Below, in pieces: positions 9,123 to 19,173 of a stretch of DNA of 56,203 bases (within the stretch, counting starts at the first letter, position 1; each line of letters starts with the position of its first letter). The DNA is from a virus (lineage: Duplodnaviria; Caudoviricetes), in IMG/VR virus record IMGVR_UViG_3300030060_001517, positions 1 through 56,203 of that record. One strand, written 5' to 3'. Below the pieces are notes generated by a model. The model searched no databases, was not told the origin of the DNA, and saw only the letters and a program-made list of their open reading frames with translations. Position numbers and translations under genes: made by a program.

Positions 9123-9154
9123 GATTTTCAATCGCTGAAAAAAGGAGCGAGTAT

Positions 9155-9685
9155 ATGACCGACGAAAGATTAAAGAAACAAGCTGATGAAGGACGTAAGA
9201 GCCGTGCGATGAACGATCGTGCTGTAACCGAAGACAGAGAACTTACGGAAGAAGAGCGAGTAGATATGTTCCGTCAACAACTATTTCAGTCTAGCTTACC
9301 AGACTTACCAGAATTACCAGGTTGGCACATGTGTTGGCTAACCACTACGAATCCAAGAGATTCCATTCAACAGCGCATACGATTAGGTTACGAACCAGTA
9401 AAGCCAGAAGATGTTCCTGGCTGGGATTATGCAACATTAAAAACAGGGGATTGGGCAGGATTTATTGGTGTAAATGAAATGTTAGCATTTAAATTACCAA
9501 TTTCTTTATATGAGAAATTTATGATGGAAGCACATCATGATGCTCCAAATAGAGAAGAAGGTAAACTTGCTGACACTGCGAGGTTCTTAGAAGAACAAGC
9601 TAATGCATCAGGCAGTAGATTAGAACAAGGTGATGGTACGAAGGAGCTAGGTGATGAAAGGGAGGGTTCATTTGAACTTTCCTGA
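9155..9685 (+). CDS. Conserved head-region protein
   Basis: AAGGAG RBS; LPELPGWHMCWL...RLGYEPV motif; lies between scaffold and capsid genes. Confidence 0.8.
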   Translation: MTDERLKKQADEGRKSRAMNDRAVTEDRELTEEERVDMFRQQLFQSSLPDLPELPGWHMCWLTTTNPRDSIQQRIRLGYEPVKPEDVPGWDYATLKTGDWAGFIGVNEMLAFKLPISLYEKFMMEAHHDAPNREEGKLADTARFLEEQANASGSRLEQGDGTKELGDEREGSFELS

Positions 9686-9718
9686 CGAACAACCTATTAA
9701 CCAACAAAGGAGCAAAAC

Positions 9719-10312
9719 ATGTCATCGACAAGTGCACCGTTTGGCTTCCGTCCTTCCTATCACAACAGTGGTAGAATTACGGCGAAAGCCTACGTAATAG
9801 CTACGGGATATGCGCAAAACATATTTCAAGGCGATCCAGTCAAATTGACTGATGACGGAGTAATTCAACTTGCTACATCAGATGGTACCAGATCAGGTAC
9901 TACTGACGGTATTAGTATGTTGGGTATTTTTGCTGGTGTTCAGTATAACGATTCTACTGGAAAACCATCATTATCTCCGTTTTGGCCAGCAAGTACCGCA
10001 GGTACCGAAATAGTAGCATGGGTATATGACGACCCAGAAACTATTTATGATGTTCAATACACTAACCCATCTTCAGGCACAACAATACAAACTGCCGTAG
10101 GTGAACAATGTGATTGGACAGTGGCTTCACCAGGTGGTTCTACTCAAGTAGGACTTTCATCAACCCAATTAACTGCGATCCAAGCAACCTCTGGACAATT
10201 CCAGATCACAGGTATTGCTGGGGGACCAGATAATGGAATAACTGATGCTTATGTTACAGTGACAGTTCGTATAAACGAATCACAGTATAAAGCTCCAGTT
10301 AATTCTGTATAA
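9719..10312 (+). CDS. Minor capsid / decoration protein
   Basis: APFGFRP and IFQGDPV...GIFAGV..VYDDPE motifs; immediately upstream of the MCP. Confidence 0.65.
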   Translation: MSSTSAPFGFRPSYHNSGRITAKAYVIATGYAQNIFQGDPVKLTDDGVIQLATSDGTRSGTTDGISMLGIFAGVQYNDSTGKPSLSPFWPASTAGTEIVAWVYDDPETIYDVQYTNPSSGTTIQTAVGEQCDWTVASPGGSTQVGLSSTQLTAIQATSGQFQITGIAGGPDNGITDAYVTVTVRINESQYKAPVNSV

Positions 10313-10329
10313 TTAAGGAGGACTAAACT

Positions 10330-11244
10330 ATGGCTACTCCAATGCGTAGTACAGACTTCCGATCCGTCGTTGAGCCTATTCTCAACGAGGTATTTGATGG
10401 AGTCTATGAACAAAGAGCGGACGAATGGAAAGCAGTTTTCCGTGAGCAACAAGGTATACCGAGAAATTATCATGAAGAACCAGTTCTTTATGGTTTCGGT
10501 GCAGCACCTGAATTGCCTGACGGTATGGCTGTTACTTACCAATCTGGCGGTATTTTGTTTGTGCAAAGATATCTTTACCATGTTTATGGTTTAGCATTTG
10601 CGCTAACCAAAGTATTGGTAGAAGATGGGGATCACATTAGAATAGGTCAAACTTATGCTAAACACTTAGCACAATCTTTGATTGAAACTAAAGAAACCTT
10701 AACCGCTAATATAATGAACAGAGCATTCAATGCTGCCTATCCAGGTGGCGATGGAGTTGCTTTAAGTGCTAACAATCATCCGATTGTAAATGGTACTTTC
10801 AGTAACACTTTAACAAATGCTGCTGCATTGTCTCAAACTTCACTTGAGCAGATGCTTATTCAAATTCGAAATGCTGTTGACAATAATGGTAAAAGAATTA
10901 GATTAACACCTACTCAGATTGTTACAGGACCAAGTAATGTATTCCAAGCAGAAACACTACTTAAATCTGTATTGAAAACTGGGACTGCTGACAACGATAT
11001 TAACCCTGTTAAATCTATGGGGTTATTGAGTGATGGGCAAGCAAATCTTTCAAGAATTACTTCAACCACAGCATGGTGGATCCAAACAGATGCACCTGAA
11101 GGATTAAAACTTCTAATGCGTCGTGGTTTAGAAAAATCTATGGAAGGTGATTTTGCAACAGACTCAATGCGTTACAAAGCAACCGAAAGATATACTGTAG
11201 GATGGACAGACCCAAGAGCGGTCTTTGGAACTCCAGGAGTATAA
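10330..11244 (+). CDS. Major capsid protein (HK97 fold)
   Basis: Strong AAGGAGG RBS; GGDGVAL..NHP and DFATDSMRYKATERY.VGWTDPR C-terminus typical of this MCP class. Confidence 0.9.
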   Translation: MATPMRSTDFRSVVEPILNEVFDGVYEQRADEWKAVFREQQGIPRNYHEEPVLYGFGAAPELPDGMAVTYQSGGILFVQRYLYHVYGLAFALTKVLVEDGDHIRIGQTYAKHLAQSLIETKETLTANIMNRAFNAAYPGGDGVALSANNHPIVNGTFSNTLTNAAALSQTSLEQMLIQIRNAVDNNGKRIRLTPTQIVTGPSNVFQAETLLKSVLKTGTADNDINPVKSMGLLSDGQANLSRITSTTAWWIQTDAPEGLKLLMRRGLEKSMEGDFATDSMRYKATERYTVGWTDPRAVFGTPGV

Positions 11245-11253
11245 GACTAAAAC

Positions 11254-11286
11254 AGATTCCTCTCATCTTAAAGGTGGGAGGAATCT
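11254..11286 (+). terminator. Stable stem-loop after the MCP (terminator or processing hairpin)
   Basis: AGATTCCTCTCATCT-TAA-AGGTGGGAGGAATCT, 15-bp stem with G-U pairs; no clear U-tail. Confidence 0.55.
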
Positions 11287-11289
11287 AAA

Positions 11290-11378
11290 TTAGGGATTTT
11301 AAAATATATATCTGACAGTGACCCTAGACTGACGACATGCAGACAGATATATATGTTTATTAACTCGCATGTGAGGAG
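11290..11378 (+). ncRNA. Candidate structured cis-regulatory RNA with pseudoknot(s) overlapping an RBS
   Basis: 11-bp stem 11304-11314/11344-11354; inner stem CAGT/ACTG; ACATGC (11335-40) is complementary to the GCATGT loop (11367-72) of a hairpin that overlaps the GAGGAG SD. Confidence 0.45.
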
Positions 11379-11385
11379 AAATAAA

Positions 11386-11841
11386 ATGGGAACAACAACT
11401 TTTTCAGGACCAGTTAAGGCTGGTACAATTGACTCAACAACAGGTACTACTGTTGGCACTGATGTATCTAATGTAGGATTTGTCGTAATGGGACAATCTG
11501 CTAAACCTAATATAACTGGTGCAAGTCAACTTAATCAAAGAATGGCGGTCGTACCTGCTAATTCACAAATCGTAGATGTTATTTTAAATGTAACAACTGC
11601 AGGTGATGATAGCGGTGCAGCAACAATTTCAGTAGGTACTGCAGCAGATCCAGATGCTTTTTTAGCAACTGTTAATACTAAAGCAGTAGGAACTACTCAT
11701 GGAACTTTAGATACTGAAGCTACTGATGTAGGTTCAACAGATTTAGAAGTTCTTGCTGATTTTACTGGAGCTACTGGTGACGGAACAGCAGGAGTTGCTA
11801 CAGTTACAGTAACTTATTTACAGAATAATAACTTATCTTAG
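11386..11841 (+). CDS. Virion structural protein (MGTTTFSGPV family)
   Basis: GAGGAG RBS before ATG 11386; PANSQIVDV beta-rich fold; follows the MCP. Confidence 0.75.
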   Translation: MGTTTFSGPVKAGTIDSTTGTTVGTDVSNVGFVVMGQSAKPNITGASQLNQRMAVVPANSQIVDVILNVTTAGDDSGAATISVGTAADPDAFLATVNTKAVGTTHGTLDTEATDVGSTDLEVLADFTGATGDGTAGVATVTVTYLQNNNLS

Positions 11842-11850
11842 GAGTTATAA

Positions 11851-11982
11851 ATGGCAAAAACTAAAGCTAAAACTAAAGCTAAAACTGAAGTAGAAGCAGA
11901 AGAACCTAAAACTAAAGTTAAAAAAGTTATAGATAAATATGCTAGAGCAGGTTTAGTAAGAGCTGTTAAAAAGGAGAAATAG
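11851..11982 (+). CDS. Small Lys-rich protein (43 aa) with AKTK repeats
   Basis: Not in the ORF track; AGGAG RBS; 12-bp tandem repeat AAAACTAAAGCT. Confidence 0.65.
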   Translation: MAKTKAKTKAKTEVEAEEPKTKVKKVIDKYARAGLVRAVKKEK

Positions 11983-11984
11983 TT

Positions 11985-12416
11985 ATGGCAGATGCAGTAG
12001 CAACTCAAGTTATCATGGATGGCGAAAGATTATTCATTGGTAAATATACTAATCTCTCTGACGGTACTGGCGAAAGTAAAGTTACAAAAATTGATGTATC
12101 AGGGCTAGCAAGAAGTGATGACAACTTTCCTTGTAATGGTATCAAAATTAATAAAATTTGGTGTCAAACTTCAGGAATGGCTGTAGATCTTTATTGGGTA
12201 GGAGATCCTACTCCAGCAAATGATGCTTTAATAGTAACTTTACCAGAAGATCAACTTTATGATGTACCATATGATACTTTTGGAGGACTAACTTATAATG
12301 CGACAGGAACAGCAAATGCTGCTGGAGATGTAGCTATAAGTACCAGAGGAGCAGCAAATGGAGATGGGTATACTTTAATAATTGAAGGTATAAAAACTTA
12401 CGGAGCAATAGCATAA
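11985..12416 (+). CDS. Putative virion structural protein
   Basis: AAGGAG RBS; MADAVATQ..DGER...TNLSDGTGES..KIDVS motif; in the structural module. Confidence 0.75.
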   Translation: MADAVATQVIMDGERLFIGKYTNLSDGTGESKVTKIDVSGLARSDDNFPCNGIKINKIWCQTSGMAVDLYWVGDPTPANDALIVTLPEDQLYDVPYDTFGGLTYNATGTANAAGDVAISTRGAANGDGYTLIIEGIKTYGAIA

Positions 12417-13270
12417 TGACAATAAAATATGTAAAAGATTTTGAATTTCCAAGCGATGCAGGATATACAAAATCATCAGCACCTCGTAAAATGAACAGAG
12501 GTGGTAGAACCAAAGCTCTTAAAAATATAAGAGACGAAGAAGCACGAGTGATTGGTGTACAAGACGACGCAGCAGATGAATTAAGAAGAGTAAAAGCTAG
12601 AAGATCTAATGATGCTCAAGAAAGAAGAGATAAAAAGCAACAACTAGCGAGAGTAGGTTCTCGTAAAAGAAATGCTACAGATGAACTAGGAAGACTTCGT
12701 GATGAAGCTGAGTACGAAATCAAAAGAGGTGCTATGGGTGCTAAAAAAGGTGGTGGTAAAAAAGACTGGATTAAAGGTGCAGTTAAAAAACCAGGAGCAC
12801 TTAGAGAGTATATGGATGTTAAAGAAGGACAAAACATTCCTAAGAGTAAAATTAAAAGAGTTGCTGATGGTAAATCAGCTACTCCTGGTGGACCAAAACC
12901 ATCAGGTAAAACACAAAAAAGAGCACAACTTGCAGAAACTTTTGCAGGTATGAAAAAAGCAACAGGAGGATCAGCTACTATGAAAAAATCAAAAGGTTAC
13001 GCTAAAGGCGGTATGAAAAAAGCAAAAGGTTATGCTAAAGGTGGTCGTCAAGGTTATAATGATAAACTTGATGAATCATTAGCAATGACAGACGGCAAAG
13101 AGTCTACCAAGAAACAATCTTTTAAAGATAGAAGAGATGAAAGCGCAGGCATGGAGAAATCTCTGGGTCGCAAAAAGTATGCATCAGTAGACACTATGGA
13201 TAAAGGCGATAGAGATGATGCTTTAGCTGGTTTCAAAAATATGGGAACTATGAAAAATTCATGGTCTTAA
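12416..13270 (+). CDS. Very basic protein, probable internal head / DNA-binding protein
   Basis: Lys/Arg-rich; WIKGAVKKPGALR motif; several xxGG motifs including two KGYAKGG. Confidence 0.75.
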   Translation: MTIKYVKDFEFPSDAGYTKSSAPRKMNRGGRTKALKNIRDEEARVIGVQDDAADELRRVKARRSNDAQERRDKKQQLARVGSRKRNATDELGRLRDEAEYEIKRGAMGAKKGGGKKDWIKGAVKKPGALREYMDVKEGQNIPKSKIKRVADGKSATPGGPKPSGKTQKRAQLAETFAGMKKATGGSATMKKSKGYAKGGMKKAKGYAKGGRQGYNDKLDESLAMTDGKESTKKQSFKDRRDESAGMEKSLGRKKYASVDTMDKGDRDDALAGFKNMGTMKNSWS

Positions 13271-13341
13271 AATAAATAATTAATTTTAAGGGGTCTGCTG
13301 TATCAGTCTGACCATTAGCAGTATAAAATGGATAAAATGAT

Positions 13342-14352
13342 ATGGCGTATTCTAATAATATAAGTATTAAAACTTTTAATGCTTTAAAAGTTGTGGATCA
13401 TGCTTTTCGTAGATGTAAGTTACCTGCTCAAGCAATAACTGCTGAAATGCAAGATTATGCTTTAGACACTTTGGCTTTCTTTTTAGATGAATTAGCTAAT
13501 ATTAAAACACCTAGCTGGTGCGTACAAAAACAAATACTTCCTCTTTATGAAAATAATCAAATTGTAACTTTACCTGCTGGAACAGTAGATGTATTAAATC
13601 TTAACCTTAACATCTTACAAGAATTAAGCGGTACAGTAACTTCTACTGCCACATTATATCAAGTTAATTTTACTTCAGCTACTGTAGTTAATGAAGTAGG
13701 AATAAAATGGTCTAATACCGCTATACCTGTTACTATTCAAACTAGCTCTGATAATGCTACTTGGACTACTGTAGCTACTTATGATGGTAAAAATATAGCT
13801 ACTAATAGTACAGCAGTCGCAGGTGATATAACTTGGATTGAAATAACAGGAGCATTAGCTAAGCAATACTTTAAAATTATTCCTACTGATGGTGTTTCTA
13901 CAATATCTTATACTTCTATAACTTTAGGTAATATGCCTCAAGCTATACCTATGGGTATATTAAGTAGAGATAATTATGTTAACCAAAGTAATTTAGTGTT
14001 TAGTGGAAGACCAACTAGCTTTTATTATCAAAGAAATGTTCCTCAACCTGTTGTTAACCTTTGGCCATGTCCTGATGCTGCCGCAGAAAAATATCAATTA
14101 GTATTATGGAGACATAGACAAATAATGGATACAGATAATTTACAACAAGAAATAGAAATACCTAATAGATGGTTAGAAGCTATTATAAATGGTTTAGCTC
14201 TTAGAGTATGTGCAGAAACACCAACTGCGCCAGGAGAATTAATTCCTCAATTAGAATTAAGAGCTAATCAAAGTATTCAAAGAGCATGGGATGGTGATAA
14301 TGACGGATCGCCTATAGAAATTAATCCAGGAATAGGAGTCTACACAGCATGA
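13342..14352 (+). CDS. Putative head-tail adaptor protein
   Basis: AFRRC N-terminus, GRPTSFYYQR...LWP.PD and IPNRWLEAI..GLA motifs; position after the head genes. Confidence 0.6.
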   Translation: MAYSNNISIKTFNALKVVDHAFRRCKLPAQAITAEMQDYALDTLAFFLDELANIKTPSWCVQKQILPLYENNQIVTLPAGTVDVLNLNLNILQELSGTVTSTATLYQVNFTSATVVNEVGIKWSNTAIPVTIQTSSDNATWTTVATYDGKNIATNSTAVAGDITWIEITGALAKQYFKIIPTDGVSTISYTSITLGNMPQAIPMGILSRDNYVNQSNLVFSGRPTSFYYQRNVPQPVVNLWPCPDAAAEKYQLVLWRHRQIMDTDNLQQEIEIPNRWLEAIINGLALRVCAETPTAPGELIPQLELRANQSIQRAWDGDNDGSPIEINPGIGVYTA

Positions 14353-14654
14353 CTATTTATTTAAATCCTGAAGGTCAACCAACATTTGGAATAGGTATAT
14401 GTGGAAGATGCTCTGAAAAATTCTTTTTAGCAGATCTTGAACCTGATCCTAATTTTCCAGGATTAATGGTATGTAAAAAAGATAGAGATGAATTAGATCC
14501 TTATCTATTACCTCCTAGAAGACCTGATCAAATTGTTTTACCTTTTAATCGACCTGATACTAATATTGATACTCATCCTGCTGGGGTTATTCAAGAAGAT
14601 GGTGATGGCTTCATTATTCAAGAAGATGGCGATAAATATCTGGAGATGGAATAA
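14349..14654 (+). CDS. Small Cys-containing structural protein
   Basis: GICGRC...GLMVCKKD.D..DP motif (possible Zn site). Confidence 0.7.
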   Translation: MTIYLNPEGQPTFGIGICGRCSEKFFLADLEPDPNFPGLMVCKKDRDELDPYLLPPRRPDQIVLPFNRPDTNIDTHPAGVIQEDGDGFIIQEDGDKYLEME

Positions 14655-16225
14655 TGTCTGATGTACCAAGTAATTTAATACCTAGTAGAGTTACGCAGTT
14701 ACCTACTGCGCCTGTGGCATCTGCAGATGGTTTACTTTTATTTACTTTTGAAGGAGTAAGTTATCAAATTCGTGCAGGAGATTTATTACAAGTTTCAGGA
14801 GTACCTACTACTAGACAAGTTATAGCAGGAACAGGAATGACTGGGGGAGGACCTCTAAGTAGTGATGTTACCTTAAGTATAGCCAATGGTGGAGTAGGAA
14901 CTACCCAACTTGCAAGTTCAGGAGCTACACCAGGAACTTACGGTAATGCTACAACAATACCTGTTGTGACTGTAGATTCTACAGGAAGAGTAACAGCTGT
15001 AACAGAAATATCAGCTAGTTCAAGCGGTACTGTCCCTGACACAAGGCAAGTTATAGCAGGTTCAGGTTTAGAAGGAGGAGGATTTTTAAGTTCTGATGTA
15101 ACTTTAACTGCTGATTTTGAAGATGATGTACCTTTAACAGGTACAACAGGAGGTAATCCAGGAGCAAGTATTGAATTATCAAGAGGAGATCATAGACATC
15201 CTCCTGTAGATCTTGGAAATGCTGATCAAATAGATGGCTTATTACCTATTGACCAAGGAGGTACAGGTAAAAGTAATACCTCAACTCCTGGTGGTATAGC
15301 TTATGGCGGAGGTTCTGATATAGGTTTAGGTCCTGCAGGTTTAGCAGGTCAAGTTCTTATATCCGGAGGTACTGGTGCTCCGACTTGGGGATCTGCTTTA
15401 ATTCAATCAGATCAAGCTGCCAATTTAATATATGGTGGTCCTGCATCAGGTCCTGCTGCACCAACAGCATTTAGAAATTTAGTCAATGCTGATTTACCTG
15501 CTTCAGGAGCATCTGCAGGATCTTACGGTTCATCATCAGCAATACCTGTTATAACTATTGATGCTAAAGGTATTGTCACAGCTATTTCTACCACTTCTTT
15601 TCAAACTGGTTTAGATTATCAAGGAACTTGGAATGCTTCTACAAATACACCTACATTAACTTCTTCAACTGGTACATCTGGACATTATTATATTGTAAAT
15701 GTAGCTGGTACTACTAACTTAGATGGTATTACTGATTGGCAAATAGGCGACTGGGCAGTTTTTAGTAGCACAGGTGTTTGGCAAAAAATTGATCAAAGTA
15801 ATACGGTAACTTCAGTTAATGGTCAAGTAGGAGCAGTAAATTTAACTACTATTGCTAATTTAGCAGGAGGAGATGCTAACAAGATACCTTACCAAAGTGC
15901 AGCAGACACTACAGCATTTACACCAGCTCCAAGTTCTGCTAATAGTTATTTAAAATGGGATGGTTCAGCATTTGTTTGGGTAACTGCTACTTCTGCAGGT
16001 GTAACAGCAGTTAGTGGTGGCTCAACAGGTTTAACACCTAGCACTTTAACTACAGGTGATGTAACTTTAGCAGGTACACTAGTTCCAGCAAATGGAGGAA
16101 CAGGATTAACTTCTCCTGGTACTTCTGGTAATGTATTAACAAGTAATGGTTCAGCATGGGTGTCTCAAGCTAGTCCTGCTGTCACAACTGATGAAGTTGT
16201 TGCTTTAGCAATAGCTTTAGGATAA
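14654..16225 (+). CDS. Tail fibre protein
   Basis: Gly/Thr/Ser-rich; duplicated VPxTRQVIAG..GGG.LSSDVTL and SGA..G.YG...IPV.T.D..G.VT modules; GGTG repeats; ends ALAIALG. Confidence 0.75.
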   Translation: MSDVPSNLIPSRVTQLPTAPVASADGLLLFTFEGVSYQIRAGDLLQVSGVPTTRQVIAGTGMTGGGPLSSDVTLSIANGGVGTTQLASSGATPGTYGNATTIPVVTVDSTGRVTAVTEISASSSGTVPDTRQVIAGSGLEGGGFLSSDVTLTADFEDDVPLTGTTGGNPGASIELSRGDHRHPPVDLGNADQIDGLLPIDQGGTGKSNTSTPGGIAYGGGSDIGLGPAGLAGQVLISGGTGAPTWGSALIQSDQAANLIYGGPASGPAAPTAFRNLVNADLPASGASAGSYGSSSAIPVITIDAKGIVTAISTTSFQTGLDYQGTWNASTNTPTLTSSTGTSGHYYIVNVAGTTNLDGITDWQIGDWAVFSSTGVWQKIDQSNTVTSVNGQVGAVNLTTIANLAGGDANKIPYQSAADTTAFTPAPSSANSYLKWDGSAFVWVTATSAGVTAVSGGSTGLTPSTLTTGDVTLAGTLVPANGGTGLTSPGTSGNVLTSNGSAWVSQASPAVTTDEVVALAIALG

Positions 16226-16234
16226 GGAGATAAA

Positions 16235-16567
16235 ATGGCAAATGCTTTTTTAAATAAAATGTCAAGAGACATAGGAACATCTCTGACTGCCGTAGGCGGT
16301 TATACAGTAGGTGCTTCTACAGAGACTACAGTTATAGGTTTAACAGTAGCTAACACCACTGCATCTACTGTAAATATAGATGTAACATTAAATGATGGAG
16401 CAAATGACACATATGTTGTTAAAGACGCACCTATTCCAACAGGAGGAGCATTAGTTCCTATTGGAGGAAATCAAAAAATTGTTTTAAACACAGGGGATTC
16501 AATAAAGGTTAATTCAGATACCGCAAGTTCAGTAGATGCGATCCTCTCAATATTGGAGATAACATAA
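16235..16567 (+). CDS. Tail-associated structural protein
   Basis: AAGGAG RBS; beta-rich VIGLTVAN...KIVLNTGD..KV...SILEIT; follows the fibre gene. Confidence 0.7.
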   Translation: MANAFLNKMSRDIGTSLTAVGGYTVGASTETTVIGLTVANTTASTVNIDVTLNDGANDTYVVKDAPIPTGGALVPIGGNQKIVLNTGDSIKVNSDTASSVDAILSILEIT

Positions 16568-16848
16568 TGGCAAATCCGTATATAGGTAATGCACCTACAG
16601 CAAGACCACTAACTTCATCAGATATAGAAGATGGTTCAATTACGACACCAAAACTAGCAACTGATGCTGTAACAACTGTTAAAATAAATAACGGAGCAGT
16701 TACTACCGCTAAATTAGATTCAACAATCGCTCCTGCTATAGTTGGCGGTACAATAGATAATGCACCTATTGGAGCAACAACAGCTAATACAGGTAAATTT
16801 ACTACTGTAACAGCTACAACAGGAATATCAGGAGGGACATTTTCATGA
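16567..16848 (+). CDS. Short fibre-repeat protein
   Basis: DGSITTPKLA.DAVTT.KI..GAVTTAKL repeats; GGTIDN..IGATTA. Confidence 0.7.
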   Translation: MANPYIGNAPTARPLTSSDIEDGSITTPKLATDAVTTVKINNGAVTTAKLDSTIAPAIVGGTIDNAPIGATTANTGKFTTVTATTGISGGTFS

Positions 16849-16881
16849 TCACTTATTACTTTTTTATAAACGGAGAACAAC

Positions 16882-17754
16882 ATGGCTGAAACAGGGTATA
16901 CCCCAATACAACTTTATAGAAGTTCTACCGCAGCAGCTACACCAAGCGCATCCGACTTAGCTGATGGGGAACTCGCTATTAATACTAATGATGGTAAATT
17001 ATTTTTTAAAAATTCAGGTGGTGCAGTAACTGAAATTGCTTCTACTGGAGGTAATACAGGAACAGTAAGTTCTGTAGCTTTTTCTACAGGAAGTACAGGG
17101 TTAAGTGTATCAGGTAGTCCTATTACTACGAGCGGTACTATCACATTAGCAGGAACTTTAGCAACAGCTAATGGTGGAACAGGTTCTACAAGCACTACTT
17201 ATTGTAATCTTACAAGTAATGTTACAGGAACCTTACCTACTGCTAATGGCGGTACAGGTTTAACTTCTTTTGCTGCAGGAACTGATTATGTGGCACCAGG
17301 AACAGCTACAACTTTTACAGCTAAACAAACTTTAGCTGGTTCTACTAGTTCTCTTTCAGCTGTAGTTAAAAATATGGCTGAAGTAACTACAGTATCAGCA
17401 ACTGCTGCTACAGGAACAATTGATTTTGATACTTCTACTCAATCAGTACTTTATTATACTTCTAATGCTGCTGCTAACTTTACAGTAAATTTTAGATGCT
17501 CTAGCGGAACTTCTTTAGATACTGCGATGTCTACAGGTGAAACTTTAACTTGTGCATTTATGGTTACTAATGGAGGAACAGCTTATTATAATAATGCTAT
17601 TACAGTAGATGGAGTATCTGTAACTCCTAAATATCAATTCGGTACAGCTTGGAGTTCAGGTAATACTAATTCTATTGATATTTATTCTTACACTATAGTT
17701 AAAACTGGCTCAGCAGCATTTACTGTATTTACAAGTCAGTCTAAATTCGCATAA
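16882..17754 (+). CDS. Tail fibre / receptor-binding protein
   Basis: N-terminal PIQLYRS...L.DGELAINT.DGKLFFK attachment-type motif, ANGGTG repeats, beta-sandwich C-terminus. Confidence 0.7.
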   Translation: MAETGYTPIQLYRSSTAAATPSASDLADGELAINTNDGKLFFKNSGGAVTEIASTGGNTGTVSSVAFSTGSTGLSVSGSPITTSGTITLAGTLATANGGTGSTSTTYCNLTSNVTGTLPTANGGTGLTSFAAGTDYVAPGTATTFTAKQTLAGSTSSLSAVVKNMAEVTTVSATAATGTIDFDTSTQSVLYYTSNAAANFTVNFRCSSGTSLDTAMSTGETLTCAFMVTNGGTAYYNNAITVDGVSVTPKYQFGTAWSSGNTNSIDIYSYTIVKTGSAAFTVFTSQSKFA

Positions 17755-17764
17755 GGAGAAAAAC

Positions 17765-18490
17765 ATGCCTATATTAGAAACAAGAGGAAATGCCTGTGCA
17801 ATGGCTTTTGGTTTTTTAACTGGAGCACCGCCAGAACCACCAGGAAGTTATTCTTTTCCTAATAATTTTCAAGGACTTAGTTATCAACCTACTGGTTGGG
17901 CAAATGTTACCGTAGAAGTAAATGGAGCAGGAGGTTTTGCTGCAAGTAATCCTTATGGTTACCCAACTGGTAGTAAAGCAGAAAGAACTAACACTCCTGT
18001 AGCTGATCTTTATATATCTACTCCTTCTAGTTCTCAGTACCAGCCTAATTCTAATGGTGGTAATGGTGGTTCAGGAGGTTCTGTTAGTAGATATCCATAT
18101 CGAGGAGAAAAAGGAGGTGCTGCTGGTGTAGCATATTGGAATGGTGGCTCTGATGCATTAGTTGCTGCAGGTGGAGGAGGTGCTTCATTTACAATGAGTA
18201 GCAGTAGTCGTCGAGGCAAACAAGAAGGAGATTCTAGTGGAAGTTGTCCTAACTCAGGTAGCGGTAATAATGGTGGTAGCGGTAGCGGTGGTGCTTGTTA
18301 TTACGGCGGTGGCGGTGGAGGTGGCGGTTACTCTACTGGAGGTAATGGTGGCTCTATAAATAATGGAGGTAGAGCAGGTGGTAATGGAACTGGTCCTGAT
18401 CCCGCAGGAAGCGGAAGTTATAATTATACGAGTGTAACTGTAGGATCTCACAATTCTACAGTTTATGATGCTTCAATAACTTGGGGATAA
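17765..18490 (+). CDS. Glycine-rich tail adhesin-like protein
   Basis: Long GGxGG and poly-Gly tracts; AAGGAG RBS; follows the fibre gene. Confidence 0.7.
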   Translation: MPILETRGNACAMAFGFLTGAPPEPPGSYSFPNNFQGLSYQPTGWANVTVEVNGAGGFAASNPYGYPTGSKAERTNTPVADLYISTPSSSQYQPNSNGGNGGSGGSVSRYPYRGEKGGAAGVAYWNGGSDALVAAGGGGASFTMSSSSRRGKQEGDSSGSCPNSGSGNNGGSGSGGACYYGGGGGGGGYSTGGNGGSINNGGRAGGNGTGPDPAGSGSYNYTSVTVGSHNSTVYDASITWG

Positions 18491-18495
18491 TTTTT

Positions 18496-19173
18496 ATGAG
18501 ACACTGGATTAAATATAAAAATGGTAGATTTGGAGGAGTATATCAAGGTGATTCTATTGAATATGGTTTTGAAGATGATAAAATAACTATAGATGAAAAC
18601 ACTTCTGATCAAGATTTATTTAGTTTAGGTATATTAAGATTAAATAAATGGAAAGCAGAATTTCCAAATAGACCTTATAAAATACAACATGGTCCTAAAT
18701 ATGAATTTGTTAATGATGGTTCAGCTGAAGTTAATGAAGTTTTTGACATAAGATATGAAACTTTTGAAGAAATAAGAAATATAAAAATAGACACATGGTA
18801 TATGAATAAAGACGGTATTCATAAACAAGGAGTATATTATAATGGTAGACATTTTGACTGTCGATTTAGAAATATGTCTCATTTATCTATTTTAGCTTCT
18901 ATGATACCCTTAGGTAAATACCCTGAAAATTTTGAATATTTTGACTCAAAAGGAGAAAGATTTTTATTTCCTGAAGAAGATTGTATAGGGTTATTAGAAG
19001 CATTTACTAAAATGATTGTAGATTTAGAAACATCTACATATAAAGTTTTTAATGAAATTATGGCAATAAATGATATAGATGAATTAATAGCCTATGCTCC
19101 TAAAATAGAATTTGAGATGTATAATAGTGATGGAAATTTAATTGGAGAAGGAGCACCAGACGATGTACTTTGA
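18496..19173 (+). CDS. Hypothetical protein, possibly a fibre assembly/chaperone
   Basis: Fills the gap between the Gly-rich gene and the methyltransferase; exact start uncertain (18481 or 18496). Confidence 0.65.
   Translation: MRHWIKYKNGRFGGVYQGDSIEYGFEDDKITIDENTSDQDLFSLGILRLNKWKAEFPNRPYKIQHGPKYEFVNDGSAEVNEVFDIRYETFEEIRNIKIDTWYMNKDGIHKQGVYYNGRHFDCRFRNMSHLSILASMIPLGKYPENFEYFDSKGERFLFPEEDCIGLLEAFTKMIVDLETSTYKVFNEIMAINDIDELIAYAPKIEFEMYNSDGNLIGEGAPDDVL

Noticed and set aside
13290-13325. Possible structured leader GGTCTGCTGTATCAGTCTGACC...AGCAG before gene 13342
   Set aside because: Only short alternative stems; cannot be told from chance without homolog alignment.
16882-18490. Diversity-generating retroelement acting on fibre genes
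   Set aside because: No reverse transcriptase and no template/variable repeat pair were seen.
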